From an uncultured Planctomycetaceae bacterium (lineage in GTDB: Bacteria; Planctomycetota; Planctomycetia; Planctomycetales; Planctomycetaceae), in contig CAWFAK010000018.1 of NCBI GenBank assembly GCA_963813715.1, positions 35,526-99,525 of the forward strand: a stretch of 64,000 nucleotides of DNA, written 5' to 3'. Positions 52,388 through 62,164 of the stretch are shown here, piece after piece. Every line of letters starts with the position of its first letter. The stretch's first letter is position 1. Below the pieces are notes generated by a model. It ran no database searches, was not told where the DNA came from, and worked only from the letters and a program-made list of their open reading frames with translations. The translations under genes and the position numbers were made by a program.

Positions 52388-54157
52388 ATGTCCAATTCCT
52401 CTCTTCGCGCGTGGGTGCATGAGGTGGCGGCCCTCACTCGGCCGCAACACGTCCACTGGTGCGACGGCTCGCAGGCCGAAATCGATCGGCTCTGCGTCGA
52501 AATGGTCGACGACGGCACGCTGATCCCGCTCGATCCCGTCAAGCACCCCGGCTGTTTCTATGCTCGCAGCCATGTCAACGACGTCGCTCGCGTCGAAGAC
52601 CGCACGTTCATCTGCAGCTCCGAAAAATCCGACGCCGGTCCGACCAACAACTGGTCGGACCCGTCCGCCATGCACACCTTGCTCAAGCAGATTCTCGACG
52701 GCTGCATGACCGGGCGCACGATGTACGTGCTGCCGTACCTGATGGGGCCGCCCAACAGCCCCATGGCGCGGGTCGGCATCGAGATCACCGACAGCCCTTA
52801 CGTCGTGGCCAACATGCGGATCATGACGCGAATGGGGCAGATCGCGCTCGACGAGCTCGGTGACCGCGACGACTTCGTGAAAGGCATTCACAGCGTCGCC
52901 CATCTCAACCCGGCCGAGCGCTACATCAGTCATTTCCCCGCCGAGAACCTGGTGATCAGCGTCAATTCCAACTATGGCGGCAACGCGCTCTTGGGCAAGA
53001 AGTGCTTTGCTCTGCGGCTCGCCAGCGTGCTGGCCCGCGACGAAGGTTGGATGGCCGAGCACATGCTGATCATCGGCATCACGGATCCGACCGGCCGCAA
53101 GACGTACGTGGCGGCCGCGTTCCCGTCGGCATGCGGCAAGACGAACCTCGCGATGCTCGTTCCGCCCCCCGAAGACTTGGAAGCCGGCTGGAAAGTCGAG
53201 ACGATCGGCGACGATATCGCCTGGCTCAAATTCGGCGCTGACGGTCGATTGCACGGCATCAATCCGGAGCACGGCTTTTTCGGCGTGGCACCTGGGACGA
53301 GCTTGGCGACGAATCCGAATGCCATGCTTTCGTGTCGGACCAACACGATCTTCACCAACGTCGCCCTGCTGAGCGACCACACCGTGTGGTGGGAGGGAAT
53401 GGACGGACCGCCGCCGACGCAGGCGTTCGACTGGCGGGGCAACTTGTGGACGCCGCAATCACCCACGCCGGCCGCCCATCCGAACAGCCGCTTCACGGCG
53501 CCCGCCTCGCAGTGCCCTTCGATCTCGCCCGATTGGGAAAAGCCGGAAGGCGTACCGATTCACGCCATCCTCTTCGGCGGTCGCCGCACTACGACGATTC
53601 CTCTCGTCTATCAGGCGTTTCACTGGCGGCACGGAACGTTCGTCGGCGCGTCGATGACCAGCGAGAAGACAGCGGCCGCCGAGGGCAAGGTCGGCGAGCT
53701 GCGGCACGATCCGATGGCCATGCTTCCCTTTTGCGGCTATCACATGGCTGATTACTGGCGGCACTGGATCGCGATGGGCGAGCGCGGCGGCAACCGCATG
53801 CCGTCGGTTTTCCACGTCAACTGGTTCCGCAAAGACACGAACGGCCGCTGGCTATGGCCCGGCTTTCGCCAGAACATGCGAGTCCTTAAGTGGATGGTCC
53901 GCCGGGTGCACGGCGAGGTCGACGCGGAGAAGACGGCCATCGGCCTCGTCCCCCGCGCGGACGATCTCGGCCTGAACGAGTTGGGCATCACCGGCAACGC
54001 GGCCGAACAGCTCTTGGGCGTGGACCGTGCCGCCTGGATGGCCGAGACGGAGGAGCGCGACCGCTTCTTCCAGCGGTTCGAAGATCGGCTGCCGCCGGAG
54101 ATCTTCTTCGAGAACGCGGCGCTGCGCTTCCGCCTGGTGATGCGCCGCTCTGCGTAA
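52388..54157 (+). CDS. pckG: Phosphoenolpyruvate carboxykinase (GTP)
   Basis: YGGNALLGKKCFALR, AAFPSACGKTNLAM, IGDDIAW, DPMAMLPFCGY. Confidence 0.97.
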   Translation: MSNSSLRAWVHEVAALTRPQHVHWCDGSQAEIDRLCVEMVDDGTLIPLDPVKHPGCFYARSHVNDVARVEDRTFICSSEKSDAGPTNNWSDPSAMHTLLKQILDGCMTGRTMYVLPYLMGPPNSPMARVGIEITDSPYVVANMRIMTRMGQIALDELGDRDDFVKGIHSVAHLNPAERYISHFPAENLVISVNSNYGGNALLGKKCFALRLASVLARDEGWMAEHMLIIGITDPTGRKTYVAAAFPSACGKTNLAMLVPPPEDLEAGWKVETIGDDIAWLKFGADGRLHGINPEHGFFGVAPGTSLATNPNAMLSCRTNTIFTNVALLSDHTVWWEGMDGPPPTQAFDWRGNLWTPQSPTPAAHPNSRFTAPASQCPSISPDWEKPEGVPIHAILFGGRRTTTIPLVYQAFHWRHGTFVGASMTSEKTAAAEGKVGELRHDPMAMLPFCGYHMADYWRHWIAMGERGGNRMPSVFHVNWFRKDTNGRWLWPGFRQNMRVLKWMVRRVHGEVDAEKTAIGLVPRADDLGLNELGITGNAAEQLLGVDRAAWMAETEERDRFFQRFEDRLPPEIFFENAALRFRLVMRRSA

Positions 54158-54189
54158 GCTACTCCTGGCGAGCGGCGGGTGTCAGCCCG

Positions 54190-54377
54190 CCGGTGGGTCA
54201 AGTCTGTAAGAAGCTATAGACCCGCCGTCGATTTTACGCGGATTTACAGTCCGCGAGGGAAGCTCTGGCCGCTTTCGTCGTCCCTCCGCAGCGTTGGCAC
54301 TCCAAAAACAAAAAAACCAGACTGAGCAGATGCCCTGTCTGGTTCCAAAATTTCGCGGTGTGCCGGGTCGTTACGGA
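54190..54377 (+). repeat. Direct repeat copy 1 (element end / att region)
   Basis: Near-identical to 63809-64000, starting CCGGTGGGTCAAGTCTGTAAGAAGCTATAGACC. Confidence 0.95.
54304..54344 (-). terminator. Intrinsic terminator downstream of the recombinase gene
   Basis: Minus strand CCAGACAGGGCA-TC-TGCTCAGTCTGG followed by TTTTTTTGTTTTT; conserved in repeat copy 2. Confidence 0.75.
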
Positions 54378-55484
54378 GTAACCGGCTGAGCCTTGTGGGT
54401 CACAGCGGAGCGTGGGCAACGCGGCAGTTTGATTCCCGCGTAAAAATCTCTCTTCGTTGAATGTCGGGAACGGGTTAATCCCGTGACCGACTGGAATGCC
54501 TTAGAGAACTCAACGCGAGACAGGGCAGCGTGTCCGTTGGCTTGGCAGAATGCGAAGTAAGCCAGATAGAGAGGCCGAGCAAAAACGCGGCAGGTCGCGT
54601 CTCGTTGCATCTCCACGCTCGCAGAGCGTGTCAACAAACCGCTCAATTGACTGAGGTTTGGTTGGGCGTTGTTCCCTGCCGGAGTTTTTCCCTTTGTCCT
54701 TCATGTACGCGAGCAACAGCGAGCGTATGTTGTGTTCCTTCACTGCTCGCCCGCGATTTAATTCCGTGTGTCCCTCCGCACGAATCGTGCGGCAGATGTC
54801 CCGGTAACTGTGTCCGCTTTCGTGCAGAGCGAGGATTCGAGTTTTGGTGGCGTCGCTCACAACGAACCGATTAACCATGCCTCCTCGTCGCCCATTATGT
54901 TTTGCAGTGAAGCAAGTCATCACGGCCATCACATCGTAGGCGAGTTCCTCGCTTTCGGTGCGTTCCTTGTCCTCATCGGTGAGACCTTCGGTTGGTCGAG
55001 TCTCCACAATTTCCACTCCCATTCTTCAGCAAAGCCTATAAACAAGAGAACGACAATTCCTGCTGATGCGGTCTCCAAACTCACAAAGGACTCGCTTGCA
55101 CTCGTCCTTCCAAAATGGAGTCAATAGTCGCACAAAGCCTTTGCGTTCGTGGTTGAGCCCCGATCCCTGTTTCCTGAATGGTCACAGTGGTTCGCCGGGG
55201 ATAGTGCTCGCCGCGAAGCGTTCCAACCGTTCAACCTGTCGAGTGAGATTTCCCTCTTTGCGTTGTTTGTCTGTGCTCACCCGAGCATAAATCACGGTCT
55301 GGCGTTCGCCGGCTCCCGCGTCGTCAGTCGCGTCATCGACGTTGAGACCAAGAGCACGCACCAAGGAATCGCGTTTAACGAGCCGATGCCCGCCGACGGT
55401 TCGCTCAGTCTCCACGGTGCCGCTGTTGCAGTAGTACCGCAGCAACTCGACGCTCACGCCTGCTAAGCGTGCCGCATCTTTCAT
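54371..55484 (-). CDS. IS607-TnpA-like serine recombinase with C-terminal extension (frameshifted)
   Basis: MerR-like HTH (AARLAGVSVELLRYY...TVGGHR), VIYARVSTDKQ catalytic motif, GSGLNHERKG, DRISR, EELAYDVMAVMTCFTAKHNGRR, then two extra domains. Confidence 0.85.
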
Positions 55485-56379
55485 TCGGAGCAGCGGCCGC
55501 TGAAGGGACAGAAGCAACAGAATTGCAGACCGGGCGTGCGGAGGCAAGAATGGGAGCCAGCATGACCCGTACCTTAGTACGGGGTTGTGTGAGGCTCGCC
55601 GTTGTGGTATCAACACTTCGGTCAGGCGTTTTCTCCCTTCCGGGAGAGCGGGCGATAGCCCAGCTATTTATAGATTAAATCGGTCCGGTTCCTAACAGTC
55701 AATACCCTCCGCACTATTTTTATAAATATCTATACCAGCACTCGCGTTATGTTCCAGGCGTTGGGCTCAACAGCGGCCGGCTTGCTATAACTAGAACAGT
55801 ACCACTATGGCATAGCACGTAAGTCGAACACGCCTAAAGGGCATGAATGGTTCGCAATATTTGGCAGATGTAGGCGTTCGCCCACAATCATCTGTTTTAT
55901 AGTTCATCATACGGCTCCATTCCCTCTCTTCATCTCTTCGCCATGCGGCCTCTATTAGCGTTTAAGGTGCCGCCGTTTTTTTGTCAGGCCACGATAACCG
56001 AAGGTATACTCATCAACACGAGCCGCACGGCGCTTGACCCCCACCTGAAGGCCATATGCCATGCCTATATGCTTTTCCAGTCTGGCTCAACAAAACGAGC
56101 GTGCTCACGCACGCCTAAAATGGGAAAACCTAAGAGTGAGTTGTCTAGGGAGTCCAACGGCTGATTGCGTTGGCTCTGTTCTTGCAGCGGCAACAGCGAG
56201 TAATTTTGCCGGCTGCAACGTTGTGCAGCAGCGCGTGAACCACTCGCCGCCCGCATTTGCAGCACTTGTAAGAACAGCACCGTTTGCCGTTCACTGTCAG
56301 AATGGCGATTATCTTAATCAGTGCCCGCCCATCACGGTCACAGACCGTGTGTCCGGAGGCAAAATGCTTGGTTGGATAC

Positions 56380-56607
56380 TTAATCATGTCGGCACCGTCG
56401 CTTTCGCTTCAAACGCGGGAGCCTGAGTCGCACGTCCAGCTCCTCCAGCATGTCGAGTACGCTGTATTCCTCAAGCACGCACTCACACTCCATCCGCCCC
56501 TTCGTTGCCCTGCTTATTAAGAGAGCCAAGCCACCACGGATTTGCCGAATGTCTCCGCTTCGCAGCAATGCAGCAAGCGGAGGCGTTAAATGTTGTCTTA
56601 TCCTCAC
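56380..56607 (-). CDS. Small hypothetical protein
   Basis: 75 aa ORF abutting the upstream ORF. Confidence 0.4.
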   Translation of the reverse strand: MRIRQHLTPPLAALLRSGDIRQIRGGLALLISRATKGRMECECVLEEYSVLDMLEELDVRLRLPRLKRKRRCRHD

Positions 56608-56978
56608 TAGCGTGCCCCCTTCACAACACCGTTATTGCGTCCCAACATTGACGCGAACGAGGAGCTAACCAAATCTGCAACCGCCGGAAAGGTCTCCAAT
56701 ACGGTCAGGTCGTGTTCAGCGGCGTTTACAAAGTCGATGTCGTCTAACAGACTGAATGAGTCGTTGTCATTGAGTTTGCAGCGCCTGCATCCAAGCACGG
56801 CGCCGTCATTGTAGAGCTTCGCAACAACCGCAAAATACAGCTTGCCGTTCAGCTTGTAAGAGACCTTGGAATCAACCGGCGGGTTCATGCCCTCATAACA
56901 ATCTGTCGCTTCCCGCACGTATTCGTCGGCGGCCTGCTCCGCAGGCAGCGGTACACGTCGCACCGTTCCCATCGGCAC
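56607..56978 (-). CDS. Hypothetical protein (5' end uncertain)
   Basis: 123 aa ORF in the minus-strand gene run. Confidence 0.5.
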   Translation of the reverse strand: MPMGTVRRVPLPAEQAADEYVREATDCYEGMNPPVDSKVSYKLNGKLYFAVVAKLYNDGAVLGCRRCKLNDNDSFSLLDDIDFVNAAEHDLTVLETFPAVADLVSSSFASMLGRNNGVVKGAR

Positions 56979-57108
56979 GAACTTGCGTTTAGCGCGACCT
57001 TTGGTTTCGGCTGGGCGGGTTGAGTTTAGCCAATTGCCTGACTGCTCGCTTGCGTCAGATTGCCCTCTGCTTGCCTTAGCCTGCTGCGCCTCTGGTCCAG
57101 CCGTACCG

Positions 57109-57483
57109 TTAAGCCAACGGCTGGCCTCGAAGCCTGCGTCCGAAATCGGATAAAACTTTTGTTGTGCTTTCCGCCAAGGTTACGAGCTCAGCGGTGCTGC
57201 GGGCCGGCTTTTCGACAGGCTTACGGTCTGGTTTGTCGTATACGGAATACACGTCGAATTCGGTGCCCCACGAAGATTCTTTGCCAGTCATTAAGGTTGT
57301 TGCCCCTTTGTGAATAAGTTGAATGATTTCATCGCCGCTGAGTCTTCTGCTCAGAGCACATTGTTCCTCTGCCGCGAAAGCCTTGTAATATTCATCCGGC
57401 GAAGCCCAATGAACAAGGTCATCGGTGCCAGGTGTTGTGCGGCGAGAGAGTAAGGACATAAGCGCGTCATCTATTGATGGCAT
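57109..57483 (-). CDS. Hypothetical protein
   Basis: 124 aa ATG ORF preceded by GGAGG RBS. Confidence 0.6.
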   Translation of the reverse strand: MPSIDDALMSLLSRRTTPGTDDLVHWASPDEYYKAFAAEEQCALSRRLSGDEIIQLIHKGATTLMTGKESSWGTEFDVYSVYDKPDRKPVEKPARSTAELVTLAESTTKVLSDFGRRLRGQPLA

Positions 57484-57502
57484 TTAGCCTCCGATGTATT
57501 GT

Positions 57503-57742
57503 GGCCGCTGGACGGATAATGTGACATCCAGCGGCCTATTGTGGTGGAAACCCAAGACATTCCACCAAACGTCGTTTGTGTAAAGCCCGGCCAGAAGCCC
57601 TATGAGACGTCAAAACCTTCTGACCGGGAAGGGAGCGTCCGCGAAGTAGTTCGCGGTGCCACAGTACCCCGGCTTTGGGAGATTACATGACAAAAGAACC
57701 ACAGCCGGTTTCTGTAAGTTAGGTGCGGGACAACAGTCCCGC
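57503..57742 (-). other. Cluster of six consecutive hairpins (structured RNA or origin candidate)
   Basis: Inverted repeats at 57503-57536, 57542-57567, 57586-57628, 57639-57656, 57669-57708, 57725-57742. Confidence 0.6.
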
Positions 57743-58217
57743 TATATAGTCATACACCTTTTGCGAGAATCGGCGGGCGATAAAAGGCCATCCTCATTGG
57801 GCTGATTCAGCAAATACATTCGCCCAACCGTGTGAGGACCAAAGCCTCAATGCTCTCGTAAGTGTGTCCGGGCAGACCGCAGTAAAGATTGAGTGCGTCC
57901 GCGAAGACAGCCTGGCGCGTCCGTTCGCCGATTGAGTGCGAGCCGCACGCGTCCTCCTAAATACGATTTATAATCGCGGGCATCATCGGTCAGGTTTATA
58001 TTCTCGTTAACAGCGGGGGCACCCTATCCTGCTCAGAATGAATGAATGGTTAGAAGTGAGATTGTAGGAGAGTGCTCAACTCCGCCGGATTTGAGTGTGT
58101 TTGGTTTTTACATTTTTCTCAGCCGAAGGCTGAGTGCCTTTCAATGCAAGTCTCCGGTCGCCAGACCAATAGGTTTCATTCTCTTTAGTAGGTAACTCAT
58201 TCTTATAGTAGGTCGCC

Positions 58218-58281
58218 CCGGAAATTCCGGGTCTAAAGCTCCGGAAAATCCGGGTCTAATCAGCCGGTGTTTCCGGGTCTA
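58218..58281. repeat. Three iteron-like repeats with 23 bp period
   Basis: CCGGAAATTCCGGGTCTA, CCGGAAAATCCGGGTCTA, CCGGTGTTTCCGGGTCTA at 58218, 58241, 58264. Confidence 0.85.
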
Positions 58282-58740
58282 TTATTTGGGAAATAGACGC
58301 AAGTCCCCTTTACGCTGCCATTCCCTGAGTTGAGCAGCACCCCAGCGGAGCTTGTCTACCATGTACACGTCGTCGGCCAACTCCCAAGCGACCTGTTCGG
58401 CAATGTCAAGGAACGCCAGCGAGTAAAGCTGATACCGTGCCGGTTTCCTGCCTTTGCCTCCGCTCGTGCGAGTCGCCAGACCACATTTGTTCAAGGCTTT
58501 AATAGACTCAGTGATTGTGTCGTGGCTGCATCCGCTCATCGGTCCTAAGCTGTCGCTCACGAACTTGGCTTTGTAGTTCTCTTTAGATGTGCAAGCGAAC
58601 GCCAGCGCCGCATAAACCTTTGCGGCCGATGCGTTGCAGCGATTGTTTGCGACCATGCCCGCAACGTGCTGTGCGATGGTCTGTTCAAGTAGCGGCGTGC
58701 GTTTAACGAACGTCATTCCGTGCGTCGTGCGTTTCGTCAC
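58282..58740 (-). CDS. Winged-helix protein, putative replication initiator
   Basis: AAKVYAAL...SLGPMSGCSHDTITESIKALNKCGLATR...GRKPARYQL resembles phage/plasmid initiator wHTH; adjacent iterons. Confidence 0.65.
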   Translation of the reverse strand: MTKRTTHGMTFVKRTPLLEQTIAQHVAGMVANNRCNASAAKVYAALAFACTSKENYKAKFVSDSLGPMSGCSHDTITESIKALNKCGLATRTSGGKGRKPARYQLYSLAFLDIAEQVAWELADDVYMVDKLRWGAAQLREWQRKGDLRLFPK

Positions 58741-58973
58741 TAAAAAGAGCGACGCGAACAGTCGTGCCGCCCGCTTGTTGAACTTCGCCGCATAGGTCTC
58801 CGGCGAGATGCCCCATTGGTCCCAGTAATGCGTTTGTCCGCGAGTGCGTCCCGCGTCGTCTCAACGCTGTCTTTGGTTAAGCCTTCGCCGTGAGCGTCAA
58901 AGTTGAGTTCGTCCGCGAACATCTCGTCAAGGAACTCGTCTACGTCTCTGGTAATGCCTGAAATAACTGCCAT
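58740..58973 (-). CDS. Small hypothetical protein
   Basis: 77 aa ORF abutting the wHTH gene. Confidence 0.45.
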   Translation of the reverse strand: MAVISGITRDVDEFLDEMFADELNFDAHGEGLTKDSVETTRDALADKRITGTNGASRRRPMRRSSTSGRHDCSRRSF

Positions 58974-59298
58974 ATGTCACCGTTTCTAATTTCTCGTTTC
59001 ATAGCCCTTGTCGTGTCCTCCTAAAATGTTCCCCAGTACAAACGACAACACCTCGTGAACCGATGCTGCGGCTCAAAAGGTGTGGTCGCGAAACTAGTTG
59101 TTATGGTGAAATAACAGCCTGTATTGATTTACAACCCTTTCGTCTCAGCATCGACGAATGTGTGCGTGTATTATCATCCACCCTATTATACGCGCGTTTC
59201 CGGGTTTTTTCTCGCCCGGCGGCACATTTTCCAAGAAATAGTTAAGCGGGCAACTTTAGCTAATCCGTGCTAAGCAGGCAGGTTTGGCTGGTACGCGT

Positions 59299-59907
59299 TT
59301 ATCGCCAGCACTCGTCTGCTCGTCCAATCCCAAGCCCCTCTGGACCGCTTGTCGTCCAACCGCATGGAAGCAAATCAAGCCGGCTGAAGACTGAGCCAAT
59401 CGTGTAAACGTCCATAAAGCCGTGATGCACGATGAAGGGCAGATAGCCGTTGAACAGCATGACGCAATTCTGTCGGGCCTCAGTGAGCATGAAATCTGCG
59501 GCCCTTTCCTTCAGTTGCTCGCTCCGGCGGAGCGAGTAGAGCGAAAAGTCGCCCATGTATCGCACAACGTCGGTGCCCGGTTCAATTGCGGCGACGAAAG
59601 TGTGCCGGTCACTCGAAAAGATGAAGCAGTCCAGCTCGGGGAAGAGATTCCGCATGATGTAAAGCATTGGGCAAGCGAGCTGCTTGCACATTAGGTCGCA
59701 CGACGTCTGCCAATAATCCAGCTTCCGAATGTCGCCGAACGGAAGGCCACGCTGCGGGTCAACGAGCTGGCACGACCAGTTGAGCAGCCATTCCAGGCGC
59801 GGGAACGGGATGACGTCGCGTTCGATGAGTGCTTTAACGTCCGCAAAGCGAACAGACCAATCAACCAGCTCGCACTTATCGAAGACAAGGTTTTGTCGTT
59901 TTCTCAT
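59299..59907 (-). CDS. Hypothetical protein
   Basis: 202 aa ATG ORF overlapping the upstream stop (ATGA). Confidence 0.6.
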   Translation of the reverse strand: MRKRQNLVFDKCELVDWSVRFADVKALIERDVIPFPRLEWLLNWSCQLVDPQRGLPFGDIRKLDYWQTSCDLMCKQLACPMLYIMRNLFPELDCFIFSSDRHTFVAAIEPGTDVVRYMGDFSLYSLRRSEQLKERAADFMLTEARQNCVMLFNGYLPFIVHHGFMDVYTIGSVFSRLDLLPCGWTTSGPEGLGIGRADECWR

Positions 59908-60441
59908 CGGGGAGCGTACTCGCGACCCAACAGGAATTGCCCCAGATAGCGGAGCTGCAAATAGGCGACGTCCAAATAAGACTTGCCAGCGGTCTCCGCG
60001 TCGGCCAGCAACCAGTCAACCGGATAAAGCTCCTCCCAAAGCGTGTGCCACTTCTCTATGTCCGTGGCGCTCACTTGTCGGAACCACGCTGAACAACTGG
60101 CCGCGTCGGTTGGATGAAGCCCATGTGATTGACGAGCGAATCCGCGATTTCGCACTTCATGTAGCCGTGCTGTTTAACAAAGCGCCGATTTGCTCGAAAG
60201 AGGGCTGCGGTGGCTCGTTAAGCGATACTGCGACGACCCGATAGGTGTCCGCGCCACAATCTCAACGAGCTTTTCACGGACAAGCTCTTTTATCGCGGCC
60301 GTAATCTCAGTCAGCTTTAAAGGCGTGTGCTGCACAATGGTGGAGTGGTCGGCCACAAGCTCGCACCTGTCATCGCATGCCAATAATGAGCCAAGCCAGC
60401 AAGCTGGCTGCGTTCTTGGATAGTCTGTGTATAGTTAGCAT
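59904..60441 (-). CDS. Hypothetical winged-helix-like protein (probably one frameshifted gene)
   Basis: Fragments 60174..60383 (TPLKLTEITAAIKELVREKLVE...SSQYRL) and 59904..60155; ATG at 60441 with RBS. Confidence 0.4.
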
Positions 60442-60470
60442 AGTGTCTCTCCGCTCGAATAGATGTCGCC

Positions 60471-60525
60471 ATAGTATTATACACCAAATCTGACGAAATT
60501 CGTTAAATCTGGTGTATAAGACTAT
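60471..60525. promoter_or_regulatory. 55 bp imperfect palindrome between divergent genes
   Basis: ATAGTATTATACACCAAATCTGACGAA-A-TTCGTTAAATCTGGTGTATAAGACTAT; TATAAT on minus and TATAAG on plus in the arms. Confidence 0.7.
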
Positions 60526-60564
60526 GTACCCTTCACGTGCGTTCTATTCGGAGAAACAAGCAAT

Positions 60565-60783
60565 ATGCACACTTTAAAGATGGTCAAGTTCAGGGGCAGT
60601 ATGTGGACTGTCGCCGATTTAACTAAGTCGGTGTTCAACGTCCACGGTCTCGCTTCTCACACTGTGTTCGCCAGGTTGTTCAGAATGAAATGGACACCTT
60701 TGCAGGCAATCGCCTTGCCGCTTCGCGTCGGGCCACGACCAGAGATACAGCCCCTTGGAGCTGGCGTTGATTTGCAGCAATAA
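60565..60783 (+). CDS. Small putative DNA-binding protein
   Basis: VKFRGSMWTVADL...TVFARLFRMKWTPLQAIALP resembles the small HTH module appended to phage HNH endonucleases; GGAG RBS. Confidence 0.55.
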   Translation: MHTLKMVKFRGSMWTVADLTKSVFNVHGLASHTVFARLFRMKWTPLQAIALPLRVGPRPEIQPLGAGVDLQQ

Positions 60784-61258
60784 GCATCTGACCAGTCAGG
60801 AACTCAGCGCGTTAACCAACATGACGCCGGATGAGCGGAAAGCGACTTTATCTGCCGCCGGCGTGGGCCAATGACGATGCCGACATACGAAATAAATAAG
60901 AGGAGAAGCCACAAAATGATTCGGATTTCAAATGGCCTGCGGCACATAAACACGGACGTGCGTTTCAGACGTCCGAATAAAAGCGATTCAACACAGGTCA
61001 TCCTGTGCGTGCTGAGAGGGTCATCTGCCGACCTGCTCCAAGGCCACACGGAAGCCTAAGGTGAAGAGGCGGGTGCCTGGTCGAACTAGCGGAGCTGAGG
61101 AAGGTGAGTTCGGGGGACCGCAGATGCGCCTGGGGAGCCCGAGAACGAAACAAGAGACCGTTGGAGGATGACGAACAGACCAGCAAGGCTTGAAAGGTGC
61201 CTCGGAATCCTGTCAAATGGCGGTACGGCTCGCCGGGCTTTCGGCAAGGGGAGAATAA

Positions 61259-62164
61259 GTGAGAGTTGCGCTCGCCTTTCTATTGCTTTCACATCTCGCC
61301 CTCGCGGCCGATTCGAGGCAGGTTGCTCCCGAAAGCGATTCGCGACTTGCAAAACTCTCGGGCGAGCAGTCGCAGCAAATCGCCGTCAATGGCGTGACGC
61401 TCACGTATTACGCGAACAAGGGAGGCGGCTATACGTTTTTGAATGCTGACCAAATCCTGTTTTACTCACTGCCGTACTCTCCGACGACTTATAAATTTGA
61501 ACACGTAGTCGCATCCCCATTCGGCCTGCGCTCTATCACGTTGGAAAACGGACGTTCCAATTATTGGGTCGGATAGAATGCCGTTGGGCGAGCAAACGGT
61601 GTATCTTACGCGAATGAACGAGGTTGGCGATATTACGCATACCATATTGCGAGAGGATATCCAAATTGCCGTCTTATCTGCCAACACGTTCGTTACGTGC
61701 AACAACGGGCGAGAGCCCAAATTCGACGCCTTGTTAAAGGCAGTCCGGCCGATATTGGAAAAGCCGACGAATGCCAAGCCGCTCGTGCCGGCAGAGCAGC
61801 ATTTGTCCGAGCTATTTAAAAACGCCCCGGAACCGATTCAAGGCTTGCCGCAAGGTAATAATCTGGGCGGGATGGGCATGGGCGGCCGCGGCGGGGTCCT
61901 TCCGCGGCCGGTAGGCGAGCACGCAAGGCAGGCGGTGCCCCCAAACAGGCCCCGGCGCCGAAACCAGCCGCGAGGCAAGACCCTGAACGCAAATTCGCCG
62001 GCGTACTGTCGAACGCGAAGAATCTTATCAACGCCAAACTCTATGCAGCCGCGGGCAAGAGTCTTAAGCGAATCGTCGACGAAATGCCCGGAACGAAAGT
62101 CGCGGAAGAGGCCAAGACACTCCTGGATTCGCTTCCGCCGCAAAAGAGCGCCGCGTTTGAATGA
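61259..62164 (+). CDS. Secreted hypothetical protein with TPR-like C-terminus (frameshifted)
   Basis: Signal MRVALAFLLLSHLALA; last frame LSNAKNLINAKLYAAAGKSLKRIVDEMPGTKVAEEAKTLL. Confidence 0.5.

Noticed and set aside
54190..55700. Canonical IS607 element with TnpB
   Set aside because: No RuvC/zinc-finger TnpB ORF is visible next to the recombinase
55620..56380. Short ORFs in the AT-rich stretch upstream of the recombinase
   Set aside because: Overlapping short frames with no recognisable motif; cannot support a call
58218..58281. Repeats as a mini CRISPR array
   Set aside because: Spacers are only 5 bp and there are no cas genes; iterons fit better
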